NCBI GenBank assembly: GCA_963760485.1
Contig: CAVXDP010000008.1
Span: 17,209-81,208, forward strand
DNA: 64,000 nt
Reading direction: 5' to 3'
Source of the DNA: Candidatus Bathyarchaeota archaeon
GTDB taxonomy: Archaea > Thermoproteota > Bathyarchaeia > 40CM-2-53-6 > CAVXDP01
Shown here: piece by piece, positions 62,841-64,000 of the stretch
Layout of the letters: each line of letters opens with the position of its first letter
Position numbering within the stretch: position 1 is the stretch's first letter
Notes under the pieces: generated by a model
Database searches by the model: none
The model's input: the letters and a program-made list of their open reading frames with translations, nothing else
Told to the model about the DNA's origin: nothing
Made by a program: the position numbers and the translations under genes

Positions 62841-64000
62841 AGAGTTCCTAGAAAAAAAGTTCAGAGAATACTACAGACAGAACTCACATCGAATGCAGCC
62901 ACCCCAGAAATTCGAAGAAAGGGAATTCGGGTTCGCCCACTTCAAGGATAAGATTATGGTACGCCACAGGCATTTCAATTCCATTAGTGAACTCAGAAAA
63001 TTCATAGAAGATACAGCACCTTCCGACGTATACCATTCAACGGCTTACTATTCGAACCCTGAGGAGGAAATGGAACGGAAAGGATGGCTTGGCGCCGACC
63101 TTGTATTCGATATAGATGCCGATCACATACCGACACCGTGCAAGAGACTACACGACCATTGGATCTGCAAGACATGTGGAACATCGGGAAAAGGCACTAC
63201 TCCACAGACTTGCCCTTCATGCAACGGCGAAAGATTTAACCAGCGTTCATGGGTCTGTGAGCTTTGCCTCAGAAAGGCCAGAAATGAAGCCATGAAACTT
63301 TCTGAATTCCTGATGGAAGACTATGGATTCTCGAAAAGAAATTTGAAAGCTTTTTTCACAGGCCATAGAGGTTACCACGTTCATGTTACGTCGGATACCA
63401 TTCTTAGTCTGGACAGTGACGAAAGGAAAGAGATAGTCGACTACGTTCTTGGCAACGGACTAGATCTTGACGCTATGCATATTCTTGAGAGGGATTCTTC
63501 TAAACCAAGTCTTCCTGAAAAATTGGATGAAGCAAAAGGGTGGAAGAAAAGAATTCTTCAGAGACTCATTGACGTCCTCGCGAATGGAGATCAGAGTGAA
63601 CTGGTTGGTCTAGGTTTCAGGAACACAGTAGCAAAAACGATCATTGAAATGAGAGATAATGCCATGGGATATCAAGATGCACGAAAAATGATAGGGACCT
63701 CTGACTCTCACGCCATGGGAAACAAGAGATGGGAAAACATTCTAAGAAGACTCATTGAAGACTGTTCTGCACAAATTGATACTGTAGTAACAACCGATTT
63801 GCATAGACTCATACGAGCGAAGGAGACACTCAACGGAAGAACCGGACTTCGTACCGTCGAAATCAGCGTTGAAGAACTAGAATCGTTTGATCCGTTCGAA
63901 AAAGCCATCGCATTTGAAGGTGGAGAGGAGAAGATTGATGTGGAAGACGTTCCTGAATTCAGACTCGGAGGATCGACATTCGGTCCCTGCGACAAAGGAC
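62830..64000 (+). CDS. priS: DNA primase small (catalytic) subunit, runs off the right edge
   Basis: GTG 62830; REFGF, MVRH, DVYHS.AYY, GADLVFDIDADH, FTGHRGYHVH, ID.VVTTDLHRLIR..TLNGRTG. Confidence 0.93.
   Translation, partial: MKIEEFLEKKFREYYRQNSHRMQPPQKFEEREFGFAHFKDKIMVRHRHFNSISELRKFIEDTAPSDVYHSTAYYSNPEEEMERKGWLGADLVFDIDADHIPTPCKRLHDHWICKTCGTSGKGTTPQTCPSCNGERFNQRSWVCELCLRKARNEAMKLSEFLMEDYGFSKRNLKAFFTGHRGYHVHVTSDTILSLDSDERKEIVDYVLGNGLDLDAMHILERDSSKPSLPEKLDEAKGWKKRILQRLIDVLANGDQSELVGLGFRNTVAKTIIEMRDNAMGYQDARKMIGTSDSHAMGNKRWENILRRLIEDCSAQIDTVVTTDLHRLIRAKETLNGRTGLRTVEISVEELESFDPFEKAIAFEGGEEKIDVEDVPEFRLGGSTFGPCDKG

Noticed and set aside
101..63995. Numerous short antisense or overlapping ORFs in the track (e.g. 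101-346, 9095-9391, 17480-17866, 32088-32669, 55425-55865, 63708-63995)
   Set aside because: They are shadows of well-supported genes on the other strand or frame.

Overview
Archaeal chromosomal segment from a TACK-type lineage, most plausibly Bathyarchaeia. This is inferred from gene content and order: a PEF(G)-CTERM surface protein, short XPF, TFS-PCNA-priL-priS, and dys-aIF5A. Layout: (1) 1-18 kb holds tungstate uptake (tupA, modE), a giant frameshifted surface protein, and a phosphate locus (AbrB-PhoU regulator, arsC remnant, pstSCA divergent from pstB-phoU, an ABC system with no binding protein followed by DUF47). (2) 19.9-28.8 kb is a catabolic block (choline/ethanolamine kinase, APC permease, metallophosphoesterase, 4Fe-4S protein + tungsten AOR + MoaD/SAMP, Fe-ADH). 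(3) 29.5-42.7 kb is an accessory island between tmk and an HD-domain gene. Its cargo genes are punctuated by at least 11 copies of an imperfect palindrome (consensus AATTGTGTGTGT-ATACCTTGGTGCGC-ACACACACAATT), including a 990-bp cassette with perfect 20-bp terminal inverted repeats. It ends in a 1.2-kb foldback element (64-bp TIRs around orientation-switching 35/42-bp tandem repeats). (4) 42.7-64 kb holds core information-processing genes, including a PAC4-like protein. Many genes, some of them core, carry single-base frameshifts, most likely long-read consensus errors. No rRNA, complete tRNA, CRISPR array, integrase or transposase was seen. All family assignments come from motif recognition by eye, not database searches.
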